DNA of 64,000 nucleotides. It comes from Microcoleus sp. Its GTDB lineage: Bacteria; Cyanobacteriota; Cyanobacteriia; Cyanobacteriales; Microcoleaceae. Shown here one piece after another: positions 1 to 13,500 of the stretch (its first letter is position 1; every line of letters begins with the position of its first letter). Location of the stretch: assembly GCA_042408215.1 (NCBI GenBank), contig JAYFMW010000007.1, positions 1-64,000 on the forward strand. Direction: 5' to 3'. The translations under genes and the position numbers were made by a program. Under the pieces are notes generated by a model. That model made no database searches and was not told the origin of the DNA. It saw only the letters and a program-made list of their open reading frames with translations.

Positions 1-3000
1 GTAGTGCCGGCATAATTATTACCAGCTAAGTCTTTAATTGCACCCGCAGCAATTTCAACGTAATAACCAGTACCTTGCGCTAAATCTGCCGTGGGATTAA
101 CTGTGACTGTACTACCGCTAACAGTAACATTAGCTGCGGTAACATTTATAGTTTCAACAACTGAGTTATCCGAGACTTTCTTGATGACAATATTGCCAGT
201 GCCTTTCTGTACGGCTTCACTCAAGGTGACAACTAAATTATCAGTAACTGCAACAGTAGTGGCGTTGTCGGCGGGGGTGAAAGTGGCGGCTGTGGGTGCT
301 GTAGTATCAGCCACGGTGGTGAAATTCCAAGTGGTTGCGCCTGTAGTGCCGGCATAATTATTACCAGCTAAGTCTTGAATTGCACCGCTGGCAATTTCAA
401 CGTAATAATCAGTACCTGGCGCTAAATCTGCTGTTGGATTAACTGTGACTGTACTACCGCTAACAGTAACATTAGCTGCGGTAACATTTATAGTTTCAAC
501 AACTGAGTTATCCGAGACTTTCTTGATGACAATATTGCCAGTGCCTTTCTGTACGGCTTCACTCAAGGTGACAACTAAATTATCAGTAACTGCAACAGTA
601 GTGGCGTTGTCGGCGGGGGTGAAAGTGGCGGCTGTGGGTGCTGTAGTATCAGCCACGGTGGTGAAATTCCAAGTGGTTGCGCCTGTAGTGCCGGCATAAT
701 TATTACCAGCTAAGTCTTTAATTGCACCCGCAGCAATTTCAACGTAATAACCAGTACCTTGCGCTAAATCTGCCGTGGGATTAACTGTGACTGTACTACC
801 GCTAACAGTAACATTAGCTGCGGTAACATTTATAGTTTCCACAACTGAGTTATCCGAGACTTTCTTGATGACAATATTGCCAGTGCCTTTCTGTACGGCT
901 TCACTCAAGGTGACAACTAAATTATCAGTAACTGCAACAGTAGTGGCGTTGTCGGCGGGGGTGAAAGTGGCGGCTGTGGGTGCTGTAGTATCAGCCACGG
1001 TGGTGAAATTCCAAGTGGTTGCGCCTGTAGTGCCGGCATAATTATTACCAGCTAAGTCTTGAATTGCACCCGCAGCAATTTCAACGTAATAACCAGTACC
1101 TTGCGCTAAATCTGCCGTGGGATTAACTGTGACTGTACTACCGCTAACAGTAACATTAGCTGCGGTAACATTTATAGTTTCAACAACTGAGTTATCCGAG
1201 ACTTTCTTGATGACAATATTGCCAGTGCCTTTTTGCACGGCTTCACTCAAGGTGACAACTAAATTATCAGTAACTGCAACAGTAGTGGCGTTGTCGGCGG
1301 GGGTGAAAGTGGCGGCTGTGGGTGCTGTAGTATCAGCCACGGTGGTGAAATTCCAAGTGGTTGCGCCTGTAGTGCCGGCATAATTATTACCAGCTAAGTC
1401 TTTAATTGCACCCGCAGCAATTTCAACGTAATAACCAGTACCTTGCGCTAAATCTGCCGTGGGATTAACTGTGACTGTACTACCGCTAACAGTAACATTA
1501 GCTGCGGTAACATTTATAGTTTCAACAACTGAGTTATCCGAGACTTTCTTGATGACAATATTGCCAGTGCCTTTCTGTACGGCTTCACTCAAGGTGACAA
1601 CTAAATTATCAGTAACTGCAACAGTAGTGGCGTTGTCGGCGGGGGTGAAAGTGGCGGCTGTGGGTGCTGTAGTATCAGCCACGGTGGTGAAATTCCAAGT
1701 GGTTGCGCCTGTAGTGCCGGCATAATTATTACCAGCTAAGTCTTGAATTGCACCCGCAGGCAATTTCAACGTAATAACCAGTACCGTGCGCTAAATCTGC
1801 CGTTGGATTAACTGTTACTGTACTACCGCTAACAGTAACATTAGCTGCGGTAACATTTATAGTTTCAACAACTGAGTTATCCGAGACTTTCTTGATGACA
1901 ATATTGCCAGTGCCTTTCTGTACGGCTTCACTCAAGGTGACAACTAAATTATCAGTAACTGCAACAGTAGTGGCGTTGTCGGCGGGGGTGAAAGTGGCGG
2001 CTGTGGGTGCTGTAGTATCAGCCACGGTGGTGAAATTCCAAGTGGTTGCGCCTGTAGTGCCGGCATAATTATTACCAGCTAAGTCTTTAATTGCACCCGC
2101 AGCAATTTCAACGTAATAACCAGTACCTTGCGCTAAATCTGCCGTGGGATTAACTGTGACTGTACTACCGCTAACGGTGACATTTGCTGAGGTAACATTG
2201 ATAGTTTCAACAACTGAGTTATCCGAGACTTTCTTGATGACAATATTGCCAGTGCCTTTCTGTACGGCTTCACTCAAGGTGACAACTAAATTATCAGTAA
2301 CTGCAACAGTAGTGGCGTTGTCGGCGGGGGTGAAAGTGGCGGCGGTGGGGGCTGTGGTATCAGCCACGGTGGTGAAATTCCAAGTGGTTGCGCCTGTAGT
2401 GCCGGCATAATTATTACCAGCTAAGTCTTTAATTGCACCCGCAGCAATTTCAACGTAATAACCAGTACCTTGCGCTAAATCTGCCGTGGGATTAACTGTG
2501 ACTGTACTACCGCTAACAGTAACATTAGCTGCGGTAACATTTATAGTTTCAACAACTGAGTTATCCGAGACTTTCTTGATGACAATATTGCCAGTGCCTT
2601 TCTGTACGGCTTCACTCAAGGTGACAACTAAATTATCAGTAACTGCAACAGTAGTGGCGTTGTCGGCGGGGGTGAAAGTGGCGGCTGTGGGTGCTGTAGT
2701 ATCAGCCACGGTGGTGAAATTCCAAGTGGTTGCGCCTGTAGTACCGGCATAATTATTACCAGCTAAGTCTTTAATTGCACCCGCAGCAATTTCAACGTAA
2801 TAACCAGTACCTTGCGCTAAATCTGCCGTGGGATTAACTGTGACTGTACTACCGCTAACAGTAACATTAGCTGCGGTAACATTTATAGTTTCAACAACTG
2901 AGTTATCCGAGACTTTCTTGATGACAATATTGCCAGTGCCTTTCTGTACGGCTTCACTCAAGGTGACAACTAAATTATCAGTAACTGCAACAGTAGTGGC

Positions 3001-5420
3001 GTTGTCGGCGGGGGTGAAAGTGGCGGCTGTGGGTGCTGTAGTATCAGCCACGGTGGTGAAATTCCAAGTGGTTGCGCCTGTAGTACCGGCATAATTATTA
3101 CCAGCTAAGTCTTTAATTGCACCCGCAGCAATTTCAACGTAATAACCAGTACCTTGCGCTAAATCTGCCGTGGGATTAACTGTGACTGTACTACCGCTAA
3201 CAGTAACATTAGCTGCGGTAACATTTATAGTTTCAACAACTGAGTTATCCGAGACTTTCTTGATGACAATATTGCCAGTGCCTTTTTGTACGGCTTCACT
3301 CAAGGTGACAACTAAATTAGCCGCCACTGCAACAGTAGTGGCGTTGTCGGCGGGGGTGAAAGTGGCGGCTGTGGGTGCTGTAGTATCAGCCACGGTGGTG
3401 AAATTCCAAGTGGTTGCGCCTGTAGTGCCGGCATAATTATTACCAGCTAAGTCTTTAATTGCACCCGCAGCAATTTCAACGTAATAACCAGTACCTTGCG
3501 CTAAATCTGCCGTGGGATTAACTGTGACTGTACTACCGCTAACAGTAACATTAGCTGCGGTAACATTTATAGTTTCAACAACTGAGTTATCCGAGACTTT
3601 CTTGATGACAATATTGCCAGTGCCTTTCTGTACGGCTTCACTCAAGGTGACAACTAAATTATCAGTAACTGCAACAGTAGTGGCGTTGTCGGCGGGGGTG
3701 AAAGTGGCGGCTGTGGGTGCTGTAGTATCAGCCACGGTGGTGAAATTCCAAGTGGTTGCGCCTGTAGTACCGGCATAATTATTACCAGCTAAGTCTTTAA
3801 TTGCACCCGCAGCAATTTCAACGTAATAACCAGTACCTTGCGCTAAATCTGCCGTGGGATTAACTGTGACTGTACTACCGCTAACAGTAACATTAGCTGC
3901 GGTAACATTTATAGTTTCAACAACTGAGTTATCCGAGACTTTCTTGATGACAATATTGCCAGTGCCTTTCTGTACGGCTTCACTCAAGGTGACAACTAAA
4001 TTATCAGTAACTGCAACAGTAGTGGCGTTGTCGGCGGGGGTGAAAGTGGCGGCTGTGGGTGCTGTAGTATCAGCCACGGTGGTGAAATTCCAAGTGGTTG
4101 CGCCTGTAGTGCCGGCATAATTATTACCAGCTAAGTCTTTAATTGCACCCGCAGCAATTTCAACGTAATAACCAGTACCTTGCGCTAAATCTGCCGTGGG
4201 ATTAACTGTGACTGTACTACCGCTAACAGTAACATTAGCTGCGGTAACATTTATAGTTTCAACAACTGAGTTATCCGAGACTTTCTTGATGACAATATTG
4301 CCAGTGCCTTTTTGTACGGCTTCACTCAAGGTGACAACTAAATTAGCCGCCACTGCAACAGTAGTGGCGTTGTCGGCGGGGGTGAAAGTGGCGGCTGTGG
4401 GTGCTGTAGTATCAGCCACGGTGGTGAAATTCCAAGTGGTTGCGCCTGTAGTGCCGGCATAATTATTACCAGCTAAGTCTTTAATTGCACCCGCAGCAAT
4501 TTCAACGTAATAACCAGTACCTTGCGCTAAATCTGCCGTGGGATTAACTGTGACTGTACTACCGCTAACAGTAACATTAGCTGCGGTAACATTTATAGTT
4601 TCAACAACTGAGTTATCCGAGACTTTCTTGATGACAATATTGCCAGTGCCTTTCTGTACGGCTTCACTCAAGGTGACAACTAAATTATCAGTAACTGCAA
4701 CAGTAGTGGCGTTGTCGGCGGGGGTGAAAGTGGCGGCTGTGGGTGCTGTAGTATCAGCCACGGTGGTGAAATTCCAAGTGGTTGCGCCTGTAGTGCCGGC
4801 ATAATTATTACCAGCTAAGTCTTTAATTGCACCCGCAGCAATTTCAACGTAATAACCAGTACCTTGCGCTAAATCTGCCGTGGGATTAACTGTGACTGTA
4901 CTACCGCTAACAGTAACATTAGCTGCGGTAACATTTATAGTTTCAACAACTGAGTTATCCGAGACTTTCTTGATGACAATATTGCCAGTGCCTTTCTGTA
5001 CGGCTTCACTCAAGGTGACAACTAAATTATCAGTAACTGCAACAGTAGTGGCGTTGTCGGCGGGGGTGAAAGTGGCGGCTGTGGGTGCTGTAGTATCAGC
5101 CACGGTGGTGAAATTCCAAGTGGTTGCGCCTGTAGTACCGGCATAATTATTACCAGCTAAGTCTTTAATTGCACCCGCAGCAATTTCAACGTAATAACCA
5201 GTACCTTGCGCTAAATCTGCCGTGGGATTAACTGTGACTGTACTACCGCTAACAGTAACATTAGCTGCGGTAACATTTATAGTTTCAACAACTGAGTTAT
5301 CCGAGACTTTCTTGATGACAATATTGCCAGTGCCTTTTTGTACGGCTTCACTCAAGGTGACAACTAAATTAGCCGCCACTGCAACAGTAGTGGCGTTGTC
5401 GGCGGGGGTGAAAGTGGTGA
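1..5420 (-). repeat. About 16 near-identical 342-bp (114-aa) coding tandem repeats
   Basis: Unit DTTAPTAATFTPADNATT...TWNFTTVA recurs every 342 bp. Confidence 0.97.
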
Positions 5421-6610
5421 CAGTAGGCGGTGCATCGACCGTCTCGTAGATGAGATTGCGGATTTCGTGAACGTCTGTAGAACCTCCCGTTGAGGCGGCA
5501 AAGCCAAATTTGAGGGTAGTTGGTACAGCGCCATTGCTAGTAGTAATGTCGAAGGGAGCGATAATGGTTTCACCCGCATCAGTAAAGCTGCCATTGTTAT
5601 TAAAATCCATCGCTACCGACAGCCGATTTGGGGAAGCCGCATTGCTTGGCGTTAAGATGATCTGTGCCCGTCTCAAGGCGGTGTTGCGGTTAGCTACAGT
5701 CCCAGCATCTATACCACCTTGACCGGCCACACTCACCGATTGCAACAGAGTGTTGCTACTGGCTGTAGATCCGCGAATCGCTACTGAATCTTGTCCGGTG
5801 CTGCCAAAACCGCCATACTCATCGAAGCCGATCCCTACATAGCCACCAATCAAAGTGTTGTAACCAAGACCTCCTCCACCGTTTCCAGCCGAAGTCGGGT
5901 TAGCTGTACCATCAACTAGGAAGAAGCTGAGCCCATCCCCTGGTGGAGATCCGACACCATTGTAGGCAAAGAAGTCAAAGGTAACTTTAACGCCTTCTGT
6001 GGAAGAAAGCGGGTTGTTGTAAAGAACAAAGCCGGCTTGACTTGTGTTAGCTGAAGTTAACCGCAAAGCACCATTACCCGCCGTATCGAGGTTCAAATTT
6101 TGCAGGGGGGTGTTAGGGGCAGAGCCAGCAGTTAAACCAGGGGGAGTGGAAGCACCAGCCAGCGCCCAAATCCAAGGCCCAGTAACGCTCGACCCTGTAA
6201 AAGTTTCGCTAACAAGAGTACCGAGGGTAGACTGGTAATCTTTTAGCACCGTTGACTTAAAGGCTAAGGGGCTTTCAATTTTTCCGGTGCTGTATTCCAA
6301 ATTCCAGTCGCCGCCTAGTGCTGCATTCCCCGTCTTATTAGTAGATGCTGCCACATCCGCCCCGGTGATTTCACTAAGGCGCTTTACGAAGTTTTCTCCA
6401 ACTTCTCCGGCTGCTACATCGCATCCATAAAGTAGGATGTCGCCATTTGCTGTCAGGGCATTTCCCCACTGTTTTATTTGAGTGCTGAAAGTTTCTAGGT
6501 TATGCTCATTGAGTACGTCAGCACCGAGTTTTAAACTGCCTTCGCTGCCGTGAGAAACTATATGAACTGCTTCAATATCTTTTTGATCTGCCAAGGCGTT
6601 AGTAATTTGG

Positions 6611-6659
6611 TCGATGGCGCTCAAATTGTCATTTTAAATGACAATTTGAGCGCCATCGA
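6611..6659. repeat. Perfect 24-bp inverted repeat with 1-nt centre, containing the premature TAA
   Basis: TCGATGGCGCTCAAATTGTCATTT-T-AAATGACAATTTGAGCGCCATCGA. Confidence 0.97.
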
Positions 6660-6914
6660 TGCCTTGAATCAGGCTTTGATAATCCTGTACAGAGGAGTCT
6701 ACGAAAATAATTTGCTTGTTCATAGTTGATAAGTTCATAATTGCTGAAATCCTTTATATCTATTGTTTACATCCAAGTCTGGGCGGGGTTGAAACCCCCG
6801 CTTCACAGATTCAGTCCTCGTTATGAGAACTGAAGAATTTATTAGTCCTATTGCTCAAATCAATCGATCGGTACAATTGTTAGCCCGTTCCCCTTTTTCA
6901 CGGGAAATGAACGT

Positions 6915-7520
6915 GGAAAACTGATTGTCTTTGCTCATGGCTGACAACATTCGATCGACTTGCGCCTCCCAGGGCGATCGTCATCGCAGTGTGAAACGCG
7001 GATTTTGGCGCAACAAAGCCGCCAGCAAAGTAGAACCCGATCGAGGTAATCCTGATATGAAGTGACCTTTCACTTACCTCGCGTTGGAATGGGTGTGAAT
7101 AACTTAGATGCGAGCTAACTATATCATACTAAAGGCATATTTGTTCTCCAGATTTTTATTTAATATTTCGCAACACAACATCAAGGTTTACGATATCTTT
7201 ACAATCTAGACATCGTGGGTTGACTTTCCCTATCTCTATCATTGCTTCCTGTCCCTGCCTTTGTAAAGTCGGAAAAGTCGGATCTTAAAGTCGGAAAAGT
7301 AGGATCTTTGCCATGAGGACATAATTACTTGACAATTTTTACCGCAGATGGTATTGCGGTTCTCAAGAAAGTGAGGTATGCCCTATGCCCTATGCCCTAC
7401 GCCCTACGCCCTATGCCCTATGCACGTCGGGTATCTCATGTTACTGAGAAAGGCTATAGCGGATGTACGCGGATGTACGCGGATGAATGTTGATTTGGAT
7501 TTAAGGGCGATCGCCCTTTT
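6915..7520 (-). promoter_or_regulatory. Duplicated upstream promoter/leader block, copy 1
   Basis: Near-identical to 18689-19293; candidate -10 TATGAT (minus, 7128-7123); 22-bp direct repeat 7264-7307; hairpin 7042-7081. Confidence 0.7.
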
Positions 7521-7566
7521 TGATCTTTTTTGTACTTAAGGGCGATCGCGCTTTTCCTTCCTTTCC

Positions 7567-10500
7567 TTAAACCAGCCTGAAATTAGCCGATGTTATCGCA
7601 GTCGGACTCACTCCAACCATAACACCTAACTGCTCCCCTGTCAAGAGGTTTTTAATGAGAGTTCCCTGAGTATTTTGAGTGATTGCTAACTGACTAAAAC
7701 TCAAACCTCCGCTTAATCCAATCAAATCTTGACCCAGGGTAAAATCAGCGATGATATCAAATCCTTGACCCGCTTTTAAGACAAAGATATCGTTGCCGCT
7801 ACCGCCAATTAAACTATCATTCCCCATACCTCCGTCAAGCAGATCGTCGCCTTTCCCACCCGTGAGAGTATCGTTATCTGCGCCTCCGTAAAGAGTATCA
7901 TTTCCGGCACACCCTCCCAGGATATCTGCTCCTGCGTCACCGTTGATTAAGTCATTACCTTCGCCACCGCAGATGGTATCATCTCCATCCTGTCCAAACA
8001 GGTTGTCATCACCTTGACTACCAAGCAGGATGTCGTTACCTTTGCCTCCATATAAGGTGTCATTATCCTTACCACCATCGATGAAGTCATCATCTTTATT
8101 GCCATAAATGATGTCAGTACCTTCGCGACCATGTAACAAGTCATTGCCTTTGCCTCCATACATTAAATCGTTCCCAGATTCGCCAAGGATGATGTCGTTT
8201 CCTTCGTCTCCATAGAGGATGTCGTCACCTTTGCCTCCGGTGATGAAGTCGTTGCCTTGGTTGCCGTTAAAGATGTCGTTGCCGGCTCCACCATATAGGT
8301 TGTCATCGCCGGATTGGCCATTGAATATATTGGCAGTGTTGCTACCCAGTAATTCATCGTTTTTGGCAGTACCTATTTGAATTGCCGCTCCACCGATGAT
8401 GGTGTTTTCAACTGCATTGGGTTGATTGAATTTGGGATAGGTAATTCGATCGCAGATGCAGTCATCGTCTGAGAGGTTATTAGTTGTTTCCGATGGTGTC
8501 GGTGTTTCCGATGTTGTTGCTGATGGTGTTTCTGATGGGGTCGAAGTGGTCTTTGGTGTCGGTGTTACCAATGGAATCGGTGTCGGTTTTCCTGATATCG
8601 CAGTGGTTGATGTTGGGGTGACGGTGCCGGGGGTGGTGTCGGGGGTGGTGTCGGTGTCGGTAGAGCTCTCCGAGCCATATTGTACATTTTTGACAGTCAG
8701 GGGGCTTTCAACATTCGCCTCTGCAATCATCTTGTCAAAAGCAGCACCGGTGTTTTCAGAAAGCGCCTCCTCAATGTTCTTCGTACCAGCCCCCACTTGC
8801 TGGAGGTCTTTAGCCACCTCAGCTAACATCGCCTTTTCCACTTGAGCGATGCGAAGCGCTGCCTCGGCGATCGAGATATTGCTGGCTGCAATATCGCTGA
8901 TGCGCTGATTGCCAGCAGCAATGATTTTTGCCACATTGCCTGCTAGACTGGCAACTTCTGGCTTTTGCACGCTTTGGGCAACTGACTCAATCAACCTCTG
9001 CAACAGAGCCGGATCGCTCAAGTTTACAGGAGTTCCCGGCTCTACAACCTTCGATAACTCGCCAATGACCTTTGTGGCAATCTCCACCTTAGAAAGATTG
9101 GAGGCGTTAGCGAATAAATTGGTCACCAAGACAATTGCAACTTGAACCTGAACGTGCGGGCTGTAGATAATTAACCCAGTAAGTTCATTGTCCCGCATCG
9201 CTTCGATGGCATCGTAATTGCCCAAGTCAACATCTGCCGGAATTCCCAAAGCCGCCTGCACCTTGGCTTGAGCCTCTTCTGCATCCATTCCTTTGCGCTC
9301 TAACTCGCTGACCAAAGTCGTAAGCGGAGTGATGGTCGTACCTTCAGAAGCAAACAGGGGCGTTTCCAGAGGCAAATTCGTGGCAGTATTGATGCCACCA
9401 ATTCCCACCACACGGCCCTCTTCCGGGTCTAGGAAACCGCTTTGGTTGGTATCGAAATTGGGAACAAAAATATCTAAATCATAGGTGCCGTCAGCGTTAG
9501 TAATGGTAAAAGGTTCGTCGGGATCTAAAATTCCATTAAAGTTGGCATCGAAGAAAACCTCAGCCCCAGTCACTTCACTGTTAAACAGCTTTCCAATACT
9601 TTTACCGATAGATTTGCCTACTTTGGCGACTGCCTTCACACCACTGCTAAAGCTCTGAACGGTATCCTTAATAGCCGCTTTAGGACCCTGGCTAATCACG
9701 TTGAAGGGTAGACTAAGCACCGAACCCACAACGTCTCTGCCAGCGTTAGCTAACGTGTTGATCGGTCCTAATATGGGAGCCGGAAAAATCCTTTTGATAA
9801 CAGGGTTATTTGTTATAGCAACAGCTAAGTTTAAAGCGCGGTAAGCCGGACTATAACTCAATTTTGTCTGGCCGAAAGCCTTAGCGAATCCTCCAACTGT
9901 AAAGGATTTTGGCAGAACTGGAAAGGGCACAAACACATCGAACAAGCTGGGAGATTTCGATGTCCCTTGGGGGGCGGTGGAGTTTCCAGTTTCCCAACCA
10001 AATTTTGCCAGTGGGAAAGTTGCTAGGTTGTTCTGGTACAGGGTTGTCTTTAACGGCCCAATACCTGCTGTGGCTCGAATATCCAAGGAACCATTAATTG
10101 TGCCGGAAACTGAATTGATGATATTCCAAGGTTGGGCGCTGTTGAGGACAGTATCTATCTCGGAAGCTCGCAATTTTCCATCGCTTCTACCTTCTCGCTC
10201 TCCAACATCTCGCAAATCGACGTTGACATTTCCCTTGATTCCGCCCAGGATGTAAAAATCGGCTACCTTAATATCTGGGCCAGCTTTGGCAGCGAGATTT
10301 GCGGAGATTGTCAGTTCTGGAACATCTTGGCCAGTTCCGTCAGCGTTCTTGCGATCGCTGACATAAAAGCCATCTCTTAACAATTGGATTTTATCCGAGG
10401 CGTAGTTCGTTGCTTTCCACTGTTGCAGCCCGTAGGTGTCGTAGCCAAATTTTAGGTCAGCCTTTGCTTTCAAGTTTCCTTCAAAGCCTACACTCACCGG

Positions 10501-13500
10501 TGGGAAAGGAGGCAGAGGCTTTGTAATATTTATCGGCACATCCAAATCCAGATTGTCCAAATTCAGGGTCACAATTGGGACATCTGGTTTGCCTAAAAGT
10601 AGCTGGATGGCTGTTTCTGGCTTAGTGATAATTGGCACGTCCAGTCCATCAACCACCTCTAACGCTGTCAAAACTGCGGCAGCTTTCGGATCTTTTTTCT
10701 TAAGCTCTTCCTTGCCTATTTTAACGATAGCTTTAGCCTGCGGAGATGTTTTCTCGAACTCTTCTATCCGTTTTAACGGGTTGTAATTATCTAGCTTAAA
10801 AGAGCCGAGATCCATCAAAATAGTGTCATTGTTTTTGATGGAATCGTTAACCAGCTTAGTCACCCGGTCTAACTTGACGATTGTTTCTATGAAGCCCGTG
10901 GATATTGGTCGGCCTGACAAACTGGAAAGGGTAGAGACCATTTCGATGACACTGACCCGCTTCCGATTGTTATCTATATCCTTAAACAAATTCTCCATCC
11001 CGATTTTGGAAAATATCTGCGTGTCCGCATTCAGGAAATCAATAACTGGCCGAAAGGGTTTAAGAACCTGGTCAACCTTAGTGAAAACAGGTTGGGCAAT
11101 GCCGGTTATAAATTCGCCAAAATCCAGTTTTGCATTATTGACCTCAACATTGGGTATGCTAGCAGAACTGACGGAGTTACCGTTGACGTAATCAGCTTTT
11201 GGAAACCCGAACTTCATCTCGAAGACCAAGTTGGGGAATGCTTTGCTGACCACATTTGTCCGGCCTTTCAGGCTCAGATCCCCACTGGTGGAGAAGGTAG
11301 ACTGTGATAATTTTTGCGGGTTGTAGGAACTATTGAGTTCTGCCTCGGTCAGGCGATCGCCATCATTGATACCTCCCAGATTATCTAAGTCATTCAGCTT
11401 GAGCTGATATGTGCCGCCAATTTGAGTGCGCTTGCCTTGGGTGGTATTTTCGTTGAGGGTGGCTGGGAAAAATCCTAGTTTTGCAGAAGTCTTGAACGAG
11501 TCATTTAGACCAAACCCCAGGTTAGTCGTCAGATTCGTTTTGCTGGTATTGATATAGTTGCCAAAAGTTTTGCTGTTACCCAGGCTGAAGTTTAACTGAT
11601 AATCGAGGTTGGCATTGCCATTACCATCGGCGTTAAAGCCAAGGGCAGGCATTCCTATGTCTTTGAGGACGTTAACTGTACCGAGTTGATATTTCCGGCC
11701 TACTGCAATATCCCAGGTGCTTTCCTCATTAGTGGTATTCTTTTGAACCGTAATGTTGAAGTTAGCTCCTAGAGAATTCCGCAGGTTGGTTTGCAACTGC
11801 TCTGCCGTTAAATCGCTTCCTGTTTTCAGCGCATTAACGAGGCTATTTTTGAAGCTACCAATAAAATCTTGATTGAGGTTCTGGAAGGGGCCGACAATGG
11901 GGAGTTTAATACTTTGCTGTTCTTTTTTTACGATTTCGTCCAGCTTGGCCAATCCCTTTTCTACAATATCGGCGGGGGTGAAACTGGCGGCTGTAGGTGG
12001 TGTGGTATCAGGGGCGACAGCAGTGGTAAAATTCCAAGTAGTTGCACCTGTAGTGCCGACATAATTATTACCTGCTAAGTCTTTAATTGCACCGGCCGCA
12101 ATTTCAACGTAGTAACCAGTACCATCAACTAAATCTGCCGTGGGATTAACTGTGACTGTACTACCGCTAACAGTAACATTAGCTGCGGTAACATTGATAG
12201 TTTCTACAACTGAGTTGTCGGAGGATTTTTTGATGACAATATTGCCAGTGCCTTTTTGTACGGCTTCACTCAAGGTGACAACTAAATTAGCAGCAACTGC
12301 AACAGTAGTGGCGTTATCTGCGGGGGTGAAAGTGGCAGTAGGTGGTGTGGTATCAGGGGCGACAGCAGTGGTAAAATTCCAAGTAGTTGCACCTGTAGTG
12401 CCGACATAATTATTACCTGCTAAGTCTTGAATTGCACCGGCCGCAATTTCAACGTAGTAACCAGTACCATTAACCAAGTCGAGAGTTGGATTAACTGTGA
12501 CTGTACTACCGCTAACAGTAACATTAGCTGCGGTAACATTGATAGTTTCTACAACTGAGTTGTCGGAGGATTTTTTGATGACAATATTGCCAGTGCCTTT
12601 TTGTACGGCTTCACTCAAGGTGACAACTAAATTAGCAGCAACTGCAACAGTAGTGGCGTTATCTGCGGGGGTGAAAGTGGCAGTAGGTGGTGTGGTATCA
12701 GGGGCGACAGCAGTGGTAAAATTCCAAGTAGTTGCACCTGTAGTGCCGACATAATTATTACCTGCTAAGTCTTGAATTGCACCGGCCGCAATTTCAACGT
12801 AGTAACCAGTACCATTAACCAAGTCGAGAGTTGGATTAACTGTGACTGTACTACCGCTAACAGTAACATTAGCTGCGGTAACATTGATAGTTTCTACAAC
12901 TGAGTTGTCGGAGGATTTTTTGATGACAATATTGCCAGTGCCTTTTTGGACAGCTTCACTCAAGGTGACAACTAAATTAGCAGCAACTGCAACAGTAGTG
13001 GCGTTATCTGCGGGGGTGAAAGTGGCAGTAGGTGGTGTGGTATCAGGGGCGACAGCAGTGGTAAAATTCCAAGTAGTTGCGCCTGTAGTGCCTGCATAAT
13101 TATTACCTGCTAAGTCTTTAATTGCACCGACCGCAATTTCAACGTAGTAACCAGTACCTTGTGCTAAATCTGCCGTGGGATTAACTGTGACGCTACTACC
13201 GCTAACTGTGACATTTGTGGAAGTAACATTGATAGTTTCTACAACTGAGTTGTCGGAGGATTTTTTGATGACAATATTGCCAGTGCCTTTTTGGACAGCT
13301 TCACTCAAGGTGACAACTAAATTAGCAGCAACTGCAACAGTAGTGGCGTTATCTGCGGGGGTGAAAGTGGCAGTAGGTGGTGTGGTATCAGGGGCGACAG
13401 CAGTGGTAAAATTCCAAGTAGTTGCGCCTGTAGTGCCTGCATAATTATTACCTGCTAAGTCTTTAATTGCACCGGCCGCAATTTCAACGTAGTAACCAGT

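Larger units (their letters stand above)
1..6738 (-). pseudogene. Giant DUF4347 + legume-lectin-like + tandem Ig-like (SbsA/Big_5-type) repeat surface protein; interrupted, runs off window start
   Basis: ATG at 6738 (MNLSTMNKQIIFVDSSV, as in paralogue at 18420); in-frame TAA at 6636-6634; ORF 6624-1729 has HIVSHG/LLYGCDVA DUF4347 motifs and GDGLSF..GFAASTG lectin-like motifs; +1 base at 1759-1760, after which the repeats continue in another frame. Confidence 0.85.
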
